A DNA stretch of 64,000 bases, from assembly GCA_964558645.1 (NCBI GenBank), contig CAZLEV010000003.1, positions 96,001 to 160,000 on the forward strand, read 5' to 3'. Positions 37,759 to 47,399 of this stretch are shown piece after piece. Each line of letters opens with the position of its first letter. The first letter of the stretch is position 1. The notes beneath the pieces are model-generated. The model saw only the letters and a program-made list of their open reading frames with translations, was not told the DNA's origin and searched no databases. Position numbers and translations under genes: made by a program. The stretch comes from an uncultured archaeon (lineage in GTDB: Archaea; Asgardarchaeota; Thorarchaeia; Thorarchaeales; Thorarchaeaceae).

Positions 37759-38715
37759 ATGAAACTCAACGAACTTCAGAAACGCATTGTCGAACTGAAA
37801 GCAAGGCGTAATGCACTCATCCTGGCCCACAACTATCAGACACTTGAAGTACAGCAAATAGCAGATTTCGTTGGTGATTCGCTGCAGCTCGCTAGGAAAT
37901 CATCAGAGATAGAGGGCTTTGATATGGTCATCTTTGCAGGTGTACGTTTCATGGCCGAAATGTCAGCTGTCTTGACGGACATCCCAGTCTATATTCCAGA
38001 TCCAGATGCTCTCTGCCCCTTGGCTGCTTGGGTCCATCCTGAGAAGATTCGTTCAAGACGGAGCGAGTATCCTGATGCTCCAGTAGTAGTCTATGTCAAT
38101 ACGACTGCAGAAACCAAGGCCGAATGTGATGTCATATGCACGTCGAGCAATGCCGTTGAGGTCATTGAATCTCTTGGTGCTACACAGGTTCTGTTCGGTC
38201 CAGACAGGAATCTAGCCGAGTATGTTCGCAGGCAGACTGACTGTGAAATTGTTGATATAGAACCTCGTGGGAGCTGCTATGTTCACCTCCAATTCGTGCC
38301 CGAGGATATCACTCGACTGAAGGAGGAGCATCCTGATGCTATTGCTATTGCCCATCCGGAATGTCCACCAGAGGTTCAAGAGGTATCGGACATCGTTGGT
38401 TCGACAGGGAAGATGGTTCAAGTTGTTGCTGAGTCTTCAGCTCGAAAGTTCATTATAGCCACTGAGTTAGGCCTAGTAGAGCAGCTCCAGGCTGACCATC
38501 CTGACAAGATGATCATGGCTGCAAAGCCCACTGCAGTATGTAGAACTATGAAGAGGATTACTCTTGAGAAAATTCTTCATGTCTTAGAAGACTTACCTGC
38601 CGATCATCGGGTAACAGTTCCGAATCATATGACTGATCACATACGCACTGTATTGGAGAAGATGAACCGCCTCAAGACACGTGAAGAGGCAGAAACTGTG
38701 ACTGCCTCACATTAG
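37759..38715 (+). CDS. nadA: Quinolinate synthase
   Basis: ILAHNYQ, GDSLQL, YVNT, CTSSNA, CYVH, AHPEC, C.TMK. Confidence 0.95.
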   Translation: MKLNELQKRIVELKARRNALILAHNYQTLEVQQIADFVGDSLQLARKSSEIEGFDMVIFAGVRFMAEMSAVLTDIPVYIPDPDALCPLAAWVHPEKIRSRRSEYPDAPVVVYVNTTAETKAECDVICTSSNAVEVIESLGATQVLFGPDRNLAEYVRRQTDCEIVDIEPRGSCYVHLQFVPEDITRLKEEHPDAIAIAHPECPPEVQEVSDIVGSTGKMVQVVAESSARKFIIATELGLVEQLQADHPDKMIMAAKPTAVCRTMKRITLEKILHVLEDLPADHRVTVPNHMTDHIRTVLEKMNRLKTREEAETVTASH

Positions 38716-38900
38716 TCTGAATAGAACCACATAGCATCAATAGTCTGGATATCGCATCTCGTTATCATGATAGGCCACTCTCGTGCTGAGGCGATGGAAT
38801 TTCCAGAAACTGGTGAGGTCAATTTGCACAACCGACCACCTAGAATCATATTGGGGAAATGAAGTGGCTCAAGAAGCTGGGTGGGTATCAAGCGCTCGAG

Positions 38901-39569
38901 CTAGTCCTCCTCTCGAAATCTGATTACATCAAGGAGCTCAGATAGTTCTCCAATTACAGGCCCGTCATGTCCAGCCTCTCTGAAATCATCTTCAGAAAAC
39001 ATCCCTGCAACCGCTACGAAGGAGCAATATCCATTTGCTCTCTCATAGTCCTTGATTGAATCTCCAACAAAGACAATTTCTGACATCTCAATATTGTGTT
39101 GCTCTTGCACATACTTGAAGTGATCCTTGCCCTTTTCGAATCCGGGCCTGTATCCCAATATCTGGTCGAAGAAGTTCTGCAGGTTCCTTCTGGCAAAGTA
39201 CTTCTCAATTGTCGACTGAAAAGTCGACGAGGAAACGAATACCGAAAACCCCCTGTCGTTAAGCACGGCAAGGGTCCTGACTGTATCAGGGAAGAGTCTC
39301 TGGTCATAGATGGAGTCTATCTTCAGTTTCTCAAACTCTTCAATCGCATGCTTATTTTCGGTTCTGTCAGGGAAGTTGATTTGTATCTGCTGTTCGAATG
39401 GTAATCCTGTTGTTGTCCTGTATCTCTTGGTGGCTTCTTCGCTGGTGATGTCGTAATACTTCATCATGGTTCTGACACCAATTCTCTCCAGGAATGGCAT
39501 GCTGTCTGCCAGCGTTCCATCAAAGTCAAGGATGACAGCAGTACACGGGATTGGCTCTCTCATATTCAT
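38901..39569 (-). CDS. HAD-superfamily hydrolase
   Basis: DFDGT, SS, K, GDS..D motifs. Confidence 0.88.
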   Translation of the reverse strand: MNMREPIPCTAVILDFDGTLADSMPFLERIGVRTMMKYYDITSEEATKRYRTTTGLPFEQQIQINFPDRTENKHAIEEFEKLKIDSIYDQRLFPDTVRTLAVLNDRGFSVFVSSSTFQSTIEKYFARRNLQNFFDQILGYRPGFEKGKDHFKYVQEQHNIEMSEIVFVGDSIKDYERANGYCSFVAVAGMFSEDDFREAGHDGPVIGELSELLDVIRFREED

Positions 39570-39681
39570 CGCCTAGGCCTTTCAATGACTTAGATTGTTC
39601 TTCTAAACACTTTTGGTCGTACAAGGCCGACCTAGAATACAGGTTTGGTATCTTGTGATGTTCTTCAGAAGACTGCTGACC

Positions 39682-40224
39682 TCAACATGATGTGTCCTCT
39701 CCGCGTTGATTTCTCTTGTAGTCTTCTATGCATCTGTTGATCGATACGTATGCATCTTTGAGTTCCTTGAATTTCTTGACCTCTGTATGAACACCCTCGT
39801 AGACCTTGTAGAAGCGGTAGAACTGTGCAATTTCGTTGACCTGACTCTTGGGGAGGTCAAGAATGCTGTTCACTTCACGGTAGTAGGGGTCGTTGACGTG
39901 TACTGCAATGATTTTGTCATCAATGCGTCCAGCGTCTTCCATTTCCATCATACCTATTGGTCTGGCATGCACGAGGCAGGAAGTGAAAGTTGGTTCCTTA
40001 ATCAGCAAGATGACATCGAGAGGGTCACCATCACAGTCAAGAGAGTGCGGCATGAATCCGTAATCGAAAGGCGCGAAGGTGTAAAGAACTCTGTCCACAT
40101 GGAAGCAGTTGTACTCTGTATTGTACTCAAGTTTGTTCTTGCTGGCTCTGGTCATCTCGATTATGACGTATATCTCACTCGGAGGGTCTGGTCCAGGAGG
40201 TATATCGTGAAGGTAGTTCGTCAT
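39682..40224 (-). CDS. ppa: Family I inorganic pyrophosphatase
   Basis: KLEY, DRVL, YGF, DGDPLD, DDKII, YK. Confidence 0.92.
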   Translation of the reverse strand: MTNYLHDIPPGPDPPSEIYVIIEMTRASKNKLEYNTEYNCFHVDRVLYTFAPFDYGFMPHSLDCDGDPLDVILLIKEPTFTSCLVHARPIGMMEMEDAGRIDDKIIAVHVNDPYYREVNSILDLPKSQVNEIAQFYRFYKVYEGVHTEVKKFKELKDAYVSINRCIEDYKRNQRGEDTSC

Positions 40225-40347
40225 GTGCTTTCCGCCAAGTGGTTTCGAGAGTCTCCCTTCTAATGAGGTTTGCCACTTGGCATTCACTTGCTGGAATAGG
40301 TATCATCAGCAAGGGTTTTTACTGAGTATTATTCTCTATTCTACGGA

Positions 40348-40941
40348 GTGATTCACATATTGCCAGACCTCAATGAATCAGCTGAAGATAGACCTGAACC
40401 TGAAGATGACACTCTCGACATCGGCTCGCTATTCAGGGGCACAGCTACAGTCACATTCATGGTCGAGGTCGTCACAGCCATCATGATGCTTGGTTCGGGT
40501 GTTGCTTTCGTTGTAAGCAGCTCGGGCTTCTTGGACTTCCTAGAGGGCGACGTGTTAATCTTCCTATTCCTGCTAGGCTCTATGATTACGCTATTCTTCT
40601 TCTTGGGAACAATTGGCTTCTTCGTCAGGGTCAACAGGAAGTTGGGTCGCACAGTGTTCTGGGAGGGTGTGGGTCAAGTGGATCTATCTAAGCCACGCGT
40701 CAAAACAGTCGTGCTAATCTATGGGCTTGCTGTAGGTCTTGTTCTCGTAATGGGCATGTATGGCTACTGGCTGGTATGGAAGTACTTCTTTGAAGCCATG
40801 GCGGCCACCTCTTTGAGTGTATTCGGTTTTGGAATATCTCTTGGTGGATTTATGCTCGCACTCCTTGTGCAGATGGTTGTGATTGCCGTGGGTAGAACCG
40901 CCTCGAATGTTGTGAGAACCGTCCTCGCGGAGGACAGCTAA
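40348..40941 (+). CDS. Hypothetical 4-TM membrane protein
   Basis: Four TM segments with an internal two-fold repeat pattern. Confidence 0.7.
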   Translation: MIHILPDLNESAEDRPEPEDDTLDIGSLFRGTATVTFMVEVVTAIMMLGSGVAFVVSSSGFLDFLEGDVLIFLFLLGSMITLFFFLGTIGFFVRVNRKLGRTVFWEGVGQVDLSKPRVKTVVLIYGLAVGLVLVMGMYGYWLVWKYFFEAMAATSLSVFGFGISLGGFMLALLVQMVVIAVGRTASNVVRTVLAEDS

Positions 40942-41131
40942 GAAACCGACATGTGTGGATCTTCAGTGATGGGAAGCCAGCTGCCACCCCTGCAGTGCTC
41001 CATTCAGACAAATATCCGCGGACTACCGGTAGCGTAGCATCCTGCGTATTCACTCATCTCAAGACTGTACACGCTCGAGTCATGGGCTTCTGTTCATGCA
41101 CGAACAGGTTACTATAAGACTCAGAGGAGAC

Positions 41132-41365
41132 CTAGAAATGGTGTGACTCGGCAAGTATCTGAGTCTTGACAATCTCGGATATCACCAAGAACTCGGTCGG
41201 CTCTTCCTTTTCTCGGTGTTTCAGGGCGACGATGTCATCTCCAACCTCAGCAACTAATGCTTCCGCAAGGATGACCATTGCGTGCCCAAAGAATCGAAGC
41301 TCCTTTCCGGTATCTTTGCTCCATCTGAGAACTGATTCCAGTGTTCGCAAATTGCTCTCATTCAT
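41132..41365 (-). CDS. Small protein, possible Sm/Hfq-like fold (paralog B)
   Basis: Helix + beta strands, VAEVGDDIVALKH...EFLVISEI; similar to 41591-41827. Confidence 0.6.
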   Translation of the reverse strand: MNESNLRTLESVLRWSKDTGKELRFFGHAMVILAEALVAEVGDDIVALKHREKEEPTEFLVISEIVKTQILAESHHF

Positions 41366-41590
41366 GATATGCCATTGAATTCGAATCGCAATAACGGTTT
41401 CCAATTCGATGTTTTGGTCTAAGTTGCTGGCCAGTTGATTGCCATCTGGAACAAACGATACGGCAGTATCCCATCGTTACTGCTTTGGCGCTTGGGCTAT
41501 ACAGAGTAAAGAGAAATCCGGTGTCGGATTCTGTCTTGAGATCGTTGCAGTCCTACGCCTGTTGCGTGAGACCTGGTTTCCGAGGTGTTT

Positions 41591-41827
41591 CTAGACGTGA
41601 GGTCGTTTACCAAGAACTGTGATCTTGGTTATCTCGTCAAGACGTAAGAACTCGTCAGGTTTGTCATCCTTGTTGTGCAATATTGCGACGACGTCATCTC
41701 CGATATATGCAACTCTTCCCTCTGAGAGAGTCTTAGAGTCGCGACCGTACAGCTTGAGGTCGATCTCCTCCTTGGAAGCCCAGATCAAGACTGCTCTAAG
41801 ATTCGGTAGCTTATCTGGTTGATTCAT
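41591..41827 (-). CDS. Small protein, possible Sm/Hfq-like fold (paralog A)
   Basis: EGRVAYIGDDVVAILH...EFLRLDEITKI. Confidence 0.6.
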   Translation of the reverse strand: MNQPDKLPNLRAVLIWASKEEIDLKLYGRDSKTLSEGRVAYIGDDVVAILHNKDDKPDEFLRLDEITKITVLGKRPHV

Positions 41828-41898
41828 GATACCAATAGAAGCTCTCAATACAGATAAGGTTAGAGCTCTCGCAATCATATGAAAAAGAAGAGTGATGA

Positions 41899-41922
41899 GG
41901 TGTTTCCCTCATGAGAAACACC
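41899..41922 (-). terminator. Hairpin downstream of kbl
   Basis: GGTGTTTC-N8-GAAACACC followed by a T-rich tract on the minus strand. Confidence 0.5.
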
Positions 41923-41942
41923 CCAGCTATGTGACAGCGTTG

Positions 41943-43136
41943 TTAGATGATGTCGAGCTTCTTGCCGACTTTCTCATAGGCATTAAGGGACTTGTCTAGG
42001 TGTTCCTTTGTGAGGCCGCTGTTCATCATATTCCTGATGCGAGCTTTATCTCGGGCAACCATCGGGAACACGATGGGGAGCGCCAATATCCCCTCATCAT
42101 ATAAGCCGCTGCTAAGCTCATTGGCCTTTGAGCTTTCTCCTACCATTGCTGGCACAATTGGTGTCTGACTGAAGCCAGTATCGTAGCCAAGCTCTTGAAG
42201 TCCTTTCTTGAAGTATTCGCGGTTGTCCCACAGCGTCTTCACATGCTGCTCTTCTGTCTCAAGAATGTCGATTGCAGCAATGCACGCGGCGGCCGTGGCT
42301 GGTGGATGTGAAGCACTGAGAAGCCATGAACGGCTTTTGTTGAATGCATACTTGACCATGTGGTCGCTTCCAGACACATGGCCGCCCATAACTCCGAAGG
42401 CCTTTGAGAAAGTTCCCATCTCAAAATGAACATCCTTGTGAGTGAGACCAAAGTGTGATACAATCCCTCTTCCGCCCTCACCAAGGACTGCCTCACCATG
42501 GGCATCGTCCACGTAGATCATGGCTCCGTGCTCCTTACCAAGCTTCACTATCTCATCGAGAGGTGCGATGTCTCCGTCCATGCTGAACACACCATCAGTG
42601 ATAATCAGAATTCGCCGTGGATTATCCTTCTCGACTTCGTCAAGAACTCTCTCAAGGTCCGCCATGTCACTGTGTTTATACACAAACCGCTTGGCCTTCG
42701 TCAATCGGACGCCATCAATAATACTCCCATGATTCAGTTCGTCGGACACAATTGCATCCTCTTTGTCAACGAGCTGAGGGATGAGACCCTCATTCGCCGT
42801 GAAGCCTGCCGAATAGGTCAGTGATGCCTCTGCGCCTTTGAAGTTGGCGAGTCTTCTCTCAAGTTCCAAATGTAGGTCCATGGTACCTGCGATTGCTCGT
42901 ACAGAACCCGAGCCAACACCGTGAGTTCTGATAGCCTCCAAAGCTGCCTCCCTAAGTTTCGGATGATTAGCAAGATTGAGGTAGTTGTTGCTGCAAAGCA
43001 TTATGACCTCTACACCGTCTACCTTGGATATCGGCAGGCTTGGGCCCTGAAGTTCTCTAATCTTCCAATTCAGGTCTTGCTCAACCAGCCTCTCATACTC
43101 ATCTTTCATCCATTTCGTTGGGTCTCTCTTCGCCAT
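41943..43136 (-). CDS. kbl: Glycine C-acetyltransferase / 8-amino-7-oxononanoate synthase family (PLP)
   Basis: SNNYL, SDELNHGSIIDG, DGVFSMDGD, DDAH, GTFSKAFG. Confidence 0.88.
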   Translation of the reverse strand: MAKRDPTKWMKDEYERLVEQDLNWKIRELQGPSLPISKVDGVEVIMLCSNNYLNLANHPKLREAALEAIRTHGVGSGSVRAIAGTMDLHLELERRLANFKGAEASLTYSAGFTANEGLIPQLVDKEDAIVSDELNHGSIIDGVRLTKAKRFVYKHSDMADLERVLDEVEKDNPRRILIITDGVFSMDGDIAPLDEIVKLGKEHGAMIYVDDAHGEAVLGEGGRGIVSHFGLTHKDVHFEMGTFSKAFGVMGGHVSGSDHMVKYAFNKSRSWLLSASHPPATAAACIAAIDILETEEQHVKTLWDNREYFKKGLQELGYDTGFSQTPIVPAMVGESSKANELSSGLYDEGILALPIVFPMVARDKARIRNMMNSGLTKEHLDKSLNAYEKVGKKLDII

Positions 43137-43354
43137 TATCTTCACCGTTATAGTCACGTTACTACTACGAAACATTATTGCGTCGTATCTGCCTCGGGCT
43201 CAATATGCTAGCTATTTATGGGCTTCGCTCCCTGATTATTTGGTTTATTCCTTTCTCTTAGAATCTCTATTTGAAGCAGCAAGAGATGGCGTGACGTTGT
43301 TCTTTTTTCTACCAGCGACACCCAGGTGCGATAGACGCCGAATTTCGGACGGGA

Positions 43355-43993
43355 TCAGTCGCTCAAGAGATCCTTTGCTTCGGAGATCCAAGCCTTGACT
43401 CTCCTAATATTGAACCTGTACCCTTCCGGAATTGTCACATGGCCGAGCTGCACCGCATCGTTGATTCGTCCAAGCAATGACTCGGGATTTGCCGAGGCCA
43501 ATTCTTCGAGGTCTGTGATACCCCCACCGTACACGATTGCCTCAGCGTCTTCCTGCGACACCGACTGGAGCCAACAGAACCTGCTGACTGCAATCCATAT
43601 CTGAGCCTCCTCCAGGCTCACATTGCAGACACCTGCGACCTCGTCAGCCATGCTACTCAGGAGATCCGCCAAGTTATTGATACCTGCATCACGGAGTTTC
43701 TTCCCATGCTTTGGGCCTATTCCCTCGACTGTTTCAACAGGCAGTTCAACAAGTTCAGCACGAGGCTGCTCAACCTGCGGGACATAGGATTCGGTGACAT
43801 CTTCAGAAACAGCCATGGCCTTAGCTGAAGAGGCCACTGCTCCCTCAACTCTTTCTTCTCTTGAGCACACAATGCCAATGAGCCCAAACACTGATAGCAT
43901 GAGAAGAATCTCGTTCTTACTTGCTAGACTGTAACACAATGCTAACGCTACCAGAGATAGTGTGCGAACCCTGCTGTTTCGGATGACCGTCAT
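43355..43993 (-). CDS. DUF4332 / helix-hairpin-helix domain protein with N-terminal hydrophobic segment
   Basis: VEGIGPKHGKKLRDAGI, second repeat GGITDLEELASAN, VKAWISEAK. Confidence 0.7.
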   Translation of the reverse strand: MTVIRNSRVRTLSLVALALCYSLASKNEILLMLSVFGLIGIVCSREERVEGAVASSAKAMAVSEDVTESYVPQVEQPRAELVELPVETVEGIGPKHGKKLRDAGINNLADLLSSMADEVAGVCNVSLEEAQIWIAVSRFCWLQSVSQEDAEAIVYGGGITDLEELASANPESLLGRINDAVQLGHVTIPEGYRFNIRRVKAWISEAKDLLSD

Positions 43994-44078
43994 ATCTACA
44001 CTCTTGCTCCCTTTTATTGGTTGACTGTGTTAGGGCCTTGCTGAATAATGAATCTTGCTGAATTCTCTGGCAGACATA

Positions 44079-45410
44079 TCAGACGCCATTCTCTTCGAGA
44101 GATAGGGTCTCCCTTCTTCTCCCTTCATTGCGTTTTACGGCAATGTACATAGGAAGAACAGAGAGTGGATACAGACTCATCGCGATTGGGAAGAAGAAGA
44201 CTCCGAATGGCACTATTCCGTTGAAGACCCCTGCAGACAACATTAGGGAGGTCAAGAGTGTACCTGTCTGACGGGGAAACGTCCACATTATGCGATTCAC
44301 CGCCCAAGAGCGCCCTCTTCTTGAGCTCGTGATTTCGCCCATGAACAACGAGTGCGTGGCTGGTCTCGCCATGTTAGCAACAGCCATCCTAATGACATAG
44401 AAGACAACCATTAGGAAGAAGTAAGGTGCATACACCATCCCTACTGTCAGAATCGGTGCCATGAGGTATAGTAGGAACACAAGTCGTAGCTTTCCTATTC
44501 TCTCACTTGAAAAACCGACAAATAGCGTGCCGGTGGTGAGAAGCAGGTTTGAGACTGTAGGTACGCTCCCTAATACAACTGGGTCAGTGGTAAATGCCTT
44601 GTTAATCCAGGGAATAAGATAGGGGACGACCATGCCCGAGGCCAGCCCCATGATGAGACTATTAATCCCAAACAGAAGAGAGGTCTTTGCGTCATTCTCT
44701 GTGGGATCCTCAAGGCTCTCCAGTCTGGGCAATTCTTCGATTGCCGGAGAGTCTTCCATGACATAGTTCTCCTCCAACCATCTCTCAGTCCGAATCCCGT
44801 AAAGGCCGGTTAGTATTGTGATTGCACCCATGATGAAGAAGATGACTGCGAACCGCGTTAGCGCACTTGATACTCCAGGGATGCTGATGGCGTCTAGAAA
44901 CGGGGCTGCAACGGGATCGAGGATAAAGCCTCCAAGAAAGGGTGCCACGGTACCAGATAGGGTTGCTGCTGCCTGCGTCACTCCATATGATCTCGTTCTA
45001 TCCTCTCCTTTCTCGGTGAAATCGGCAACGAGAGAGTCTACAGATGTACTGGTAAATCCGCTTCCTATTCCTGTGAGGGCATACACCCCAAGCGACCAGA
45101 GTCCACCCGTGAAGGGTAGTGCAAACAGGCACAGACCGCTTGCGACACTGCCGATGAGTATGGCCTTTCCTCTCCCTGCTCTGTCACTGAAAGTCCCTGC
45201 AGGAAAGAGAACCGCTGACTGAACGTAGCCGGCTGCAGCCACCATGAGCCCATAGAATGCCTCATCTTGTCCGATGCTGATCGCGAACAATGGAAGAACA
45301 ACGATGTTGAATGCCCAACCCAGCCGACTCGTGGCTGTGAGAATGGAGAGCCGCGTCATCTTCTCTGCTGAATTCACATCAATGACAGAGCTATCAGGGC
45401 TCAAGGGCAT
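44079..45410 (-). CDS. MFS transporter
   Basis: GTFSDRAGR motif A, SERIGK, 12 TM. Confidence 0.9.
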   Translation of the reverse strand: MPLSPDSSVIDVNSAEKMTRLSILTATSRLGWAFNIVVLPLFAISIGQDEAFYGLMVAAAGYVQSAVLFPAGTFSDRAGRGKAILIGSVASGLCLFALPFTGGLWSLGVYALTGIGSGFTSTSVDSLVADFTEKGEDRTRSYGVTQAAATLSGTVAPFLGGFILDPVAAPFLDAISIPGVSSALTRFAVIFFIMGAITILTGLYGIRTERWLEENYVMEDSPAIEELPRLESLEDPTENDAKTSLLFGINSLIMGLASGMVVPYLIPWINKAFTTDPVVLGSVPTVSNLLLTTGTLFVGFSSERIGKLRLVFLLYLMAPILTVGMVYAPYFFLMVVFYVIRMAVANMARPATHSLFMGEITSSRRGRSWAVNRIMWTFPRQTGTLLTSLMLSAGVFNGIVPFGVFFFPIAMSLYPLSVLPMYIAVKRNEGRRRETLSLEENGV

Positions 45411-45523
45411 CCTATTCTCACATCCCTTATGGGGGTTGTCTGGTAGGCGGAGTAGGGCATTTACATAAATGATTGGCCTGCGGCCATCTGTTGAGATGCC
45501 TGTCGTGGTCAGAGGCCTTCGTT

Positions 45524-46294
45524 CTACTCTCTTCTCTTGTTTATCTCATGGAACTGCTTACTCACCAAGAAGAAGAGCAGACTTGTGAATAGGAGTACGA
45601 CGATGCTGAGCAAAGGTGGAACACCAAATGACTCTACTCCGAGACCGCGACGAATGAGGATCAATGTATGCGTCAAGGGTGAAAACATCGAGACTACTTG
45701 CCCGGCGAAGGGAAGACTCTCTATCGGGATGAATATCCCGCTGATGAAGAGTAGCGGTATCCGGATGAAGTTCATTGGCATCATGATGTTTCCAACACTC
45801 TCTGTGGGGATGCTGGCAAACATGATTCCCATAGCTGCAAAGGCTATACATGAGAGGAGGACTCCCAACACAAAGAGAATGACATCGACCACTTGGAGCG
45901 AGAAGAACAACCATCCCACAAGGAATGGAATAACTGATACAATCAGGCCAAAGGCCACTCCTGCCAAAGACTTCCCTAGAATCACTGAGAGCAATGACAT
46001 CGGGGCTGAGAGATACCTATCAAATGTCTTTGTTCTCCGCTCGAGTGGTATGACAACTGGTCCGACAGTTGAGGCGGCCCAGAAAACGGTTTGTGAGAAC
46101 AGGACCGGTAGCATCTCGGTGATGCTGAGATTTCTTCCCACGGTGAATGTAAAGAACAACGCAAAAGGAAACATCACTCCAAACATCAGAGTGGGGGGTG
46201 AGAGGTAATAGACCTTGATGTCCTTCCATCCTATTGCCCATGCGCGCGACGCTTCCTTTCGGATTCTGGTGATGATTGTTGCATCATTCGACAA
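45524..46294 (-). CDS. ABC-2 type permease
   Basis: ERRTKTFDRYLSAP, FISGIFIPIESLP, SPLTH. Confidence 0.9.
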   Translation of the reverse strand: MSNDATIITRIRKEASRAWAIGWKDIKVYYLSPPTLMFGVMFPFALFFTFTVGRNLSITEMLPVLFSQTVFWAASTVGPVVIPLERRTKTFDRYLSAPMSLLSVILGKSLAGVAFGLIVSVIPFLVGWLFFSLQVVDVILFVLGVLLSCIAFAAMGIMFASIPTESVGNIMMPMNFIRIPLLFISGIFIPIESLPFAGQVVSMFSPLTHTLILIRRGLGVESFGVPPLLSIVVLLFTSLLFFLVSKQFHEINKRRE

Positions 46295-46297
46295 TAA

Positions 46298-47278
46298 CTA
46301 TTGCCTCCCTTTTCCTCTGTTTCCTGTCTGGAACTTTCCTCTGTGAACAATCTCTTCTCCCGTCAGTTCCAAGAATACGTCCTCAAGTGTGGGTCCAAGG
46401 GTGTTAACGCTTAGTATCTTCATTCCATTTTGCTTCGCTAGTTCGAAGACGCCCGTAAGGGTTTCAGGTGGAGTCAGGGTGAATAGTCTAAATTTGTCTC
46501 CCCGTTTCTGGACTTCCCTAACGCCCTCAAGATCCGTCAACTTGGAAGAGAGCGCATCGTTTCCAGTATCAAAGGAAACCTCTATTGAGTGCATCTTCTC
46601 CATGGCCTGTTTCAACTTTTCAGGCGGTCCGATGGTTCCTATTCTGCCTTGGTTAATGATGGCAATTCTGCTACACAGTTCATTTGCTTCTTGCATGTTG
46701 TGAGTGGTCAGAAAGATAGTTGTGCCATTCTCATTGAGTTCACGTACAAGTCCTCGTATCGTTCTCACGCTCTGGACATCAAGCGCTGTTGTGGGTTCAT
46801 CGAGAAACAGAACTTGAGCGTCGTTGATCAGAGCCATGGCAATAGTGAGGCGTCGTTTCATGCCCCCGGAGAACTCGCGCACGTTATCATCTCTGACTTC
46901 CTGCAGGCCAAACATCTCCAGCAGTTCCTCAGCCTTCTCCTCACGTTTGTGTTTTTCCAGTCCGTAGAGTTTGGCTGTGAATATGAGATTGTCCCATGCA
47001 CTGAGATCGTTGTACACGTTGGACAGGTCCGTGACGACACCCATTATCTCTTTGGCAGCAAAGGCCTCATGCTGGATATCATGACCCATGATTCTTGCTG
47101 TTCCCTTAGTAGGAGTAGAGATGCCAGTCAGCATCCGGGTCGTCGTCGTCTTACCTGCTCCGTTGGGGCCCAAGAACCCAAAGACCTCACCTTGTTGCAC
47201 CTCGAAACTGATATGATCCACAGCCATGAAGTTTCCGAACTTCTTAGTGAGGTCCTTAACAGAGATGGCAGATGTCAT
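46298..47278 (-). CDS. DrrA-like ABC ATPase
   Basis: GPNGAGKTT, FSGGMKRRL, FLDEPT, TTH, PTLEDVF. Confidence 0.92.
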   Translation of the reverse strand: MTSAISVKDLTKKFGNFMAVDHISFEVQQGEVFGFLGPNGAGKTTTTRMLTGISTPTKGTARIMGHDIQHEAFAAKEIMGVVTDLSNVYNDLSAWDNLIFTAKLYGLEKHKREEKAEELLEMFGLQEVRDDNVREFSGGMKRRLTIAMALINDAQVLFLDEPTTALDVQSVRTIRGLVRELNENGTTIFLTTHNMQEANELCSRIAIINQGRIGTIGPPEKLKQAMEKMHSIEVSFDTGNDALSSKLTDLEGVREVQKRGDKFRLFTLTPPETLTGVFELAKQNGMKILSVNTLGPTLEDVFLELTGEEIVHRGKFQTGNRGKGRQ

Positions 47279-47399
47279 GATTCTTCTAGATAGCTTCCAT
47301 CTGATAAATCCGGTACTTTCAGAGGTTGGAATCTTCAAGGCAACAGATTCATAATCCTTCTCCGAATATGGTTACGTACCCACTGGGGGTTGCGCGACC

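Noticed and set aside
45537-47293. Long antisense ORFs (223 and 234 aa); likewise 6467-7045, 39706-40263, 49574-50218 and 62120-62686
   Set aside because: They are shadows of well-supported genes on the opposite strand and have no motifs.
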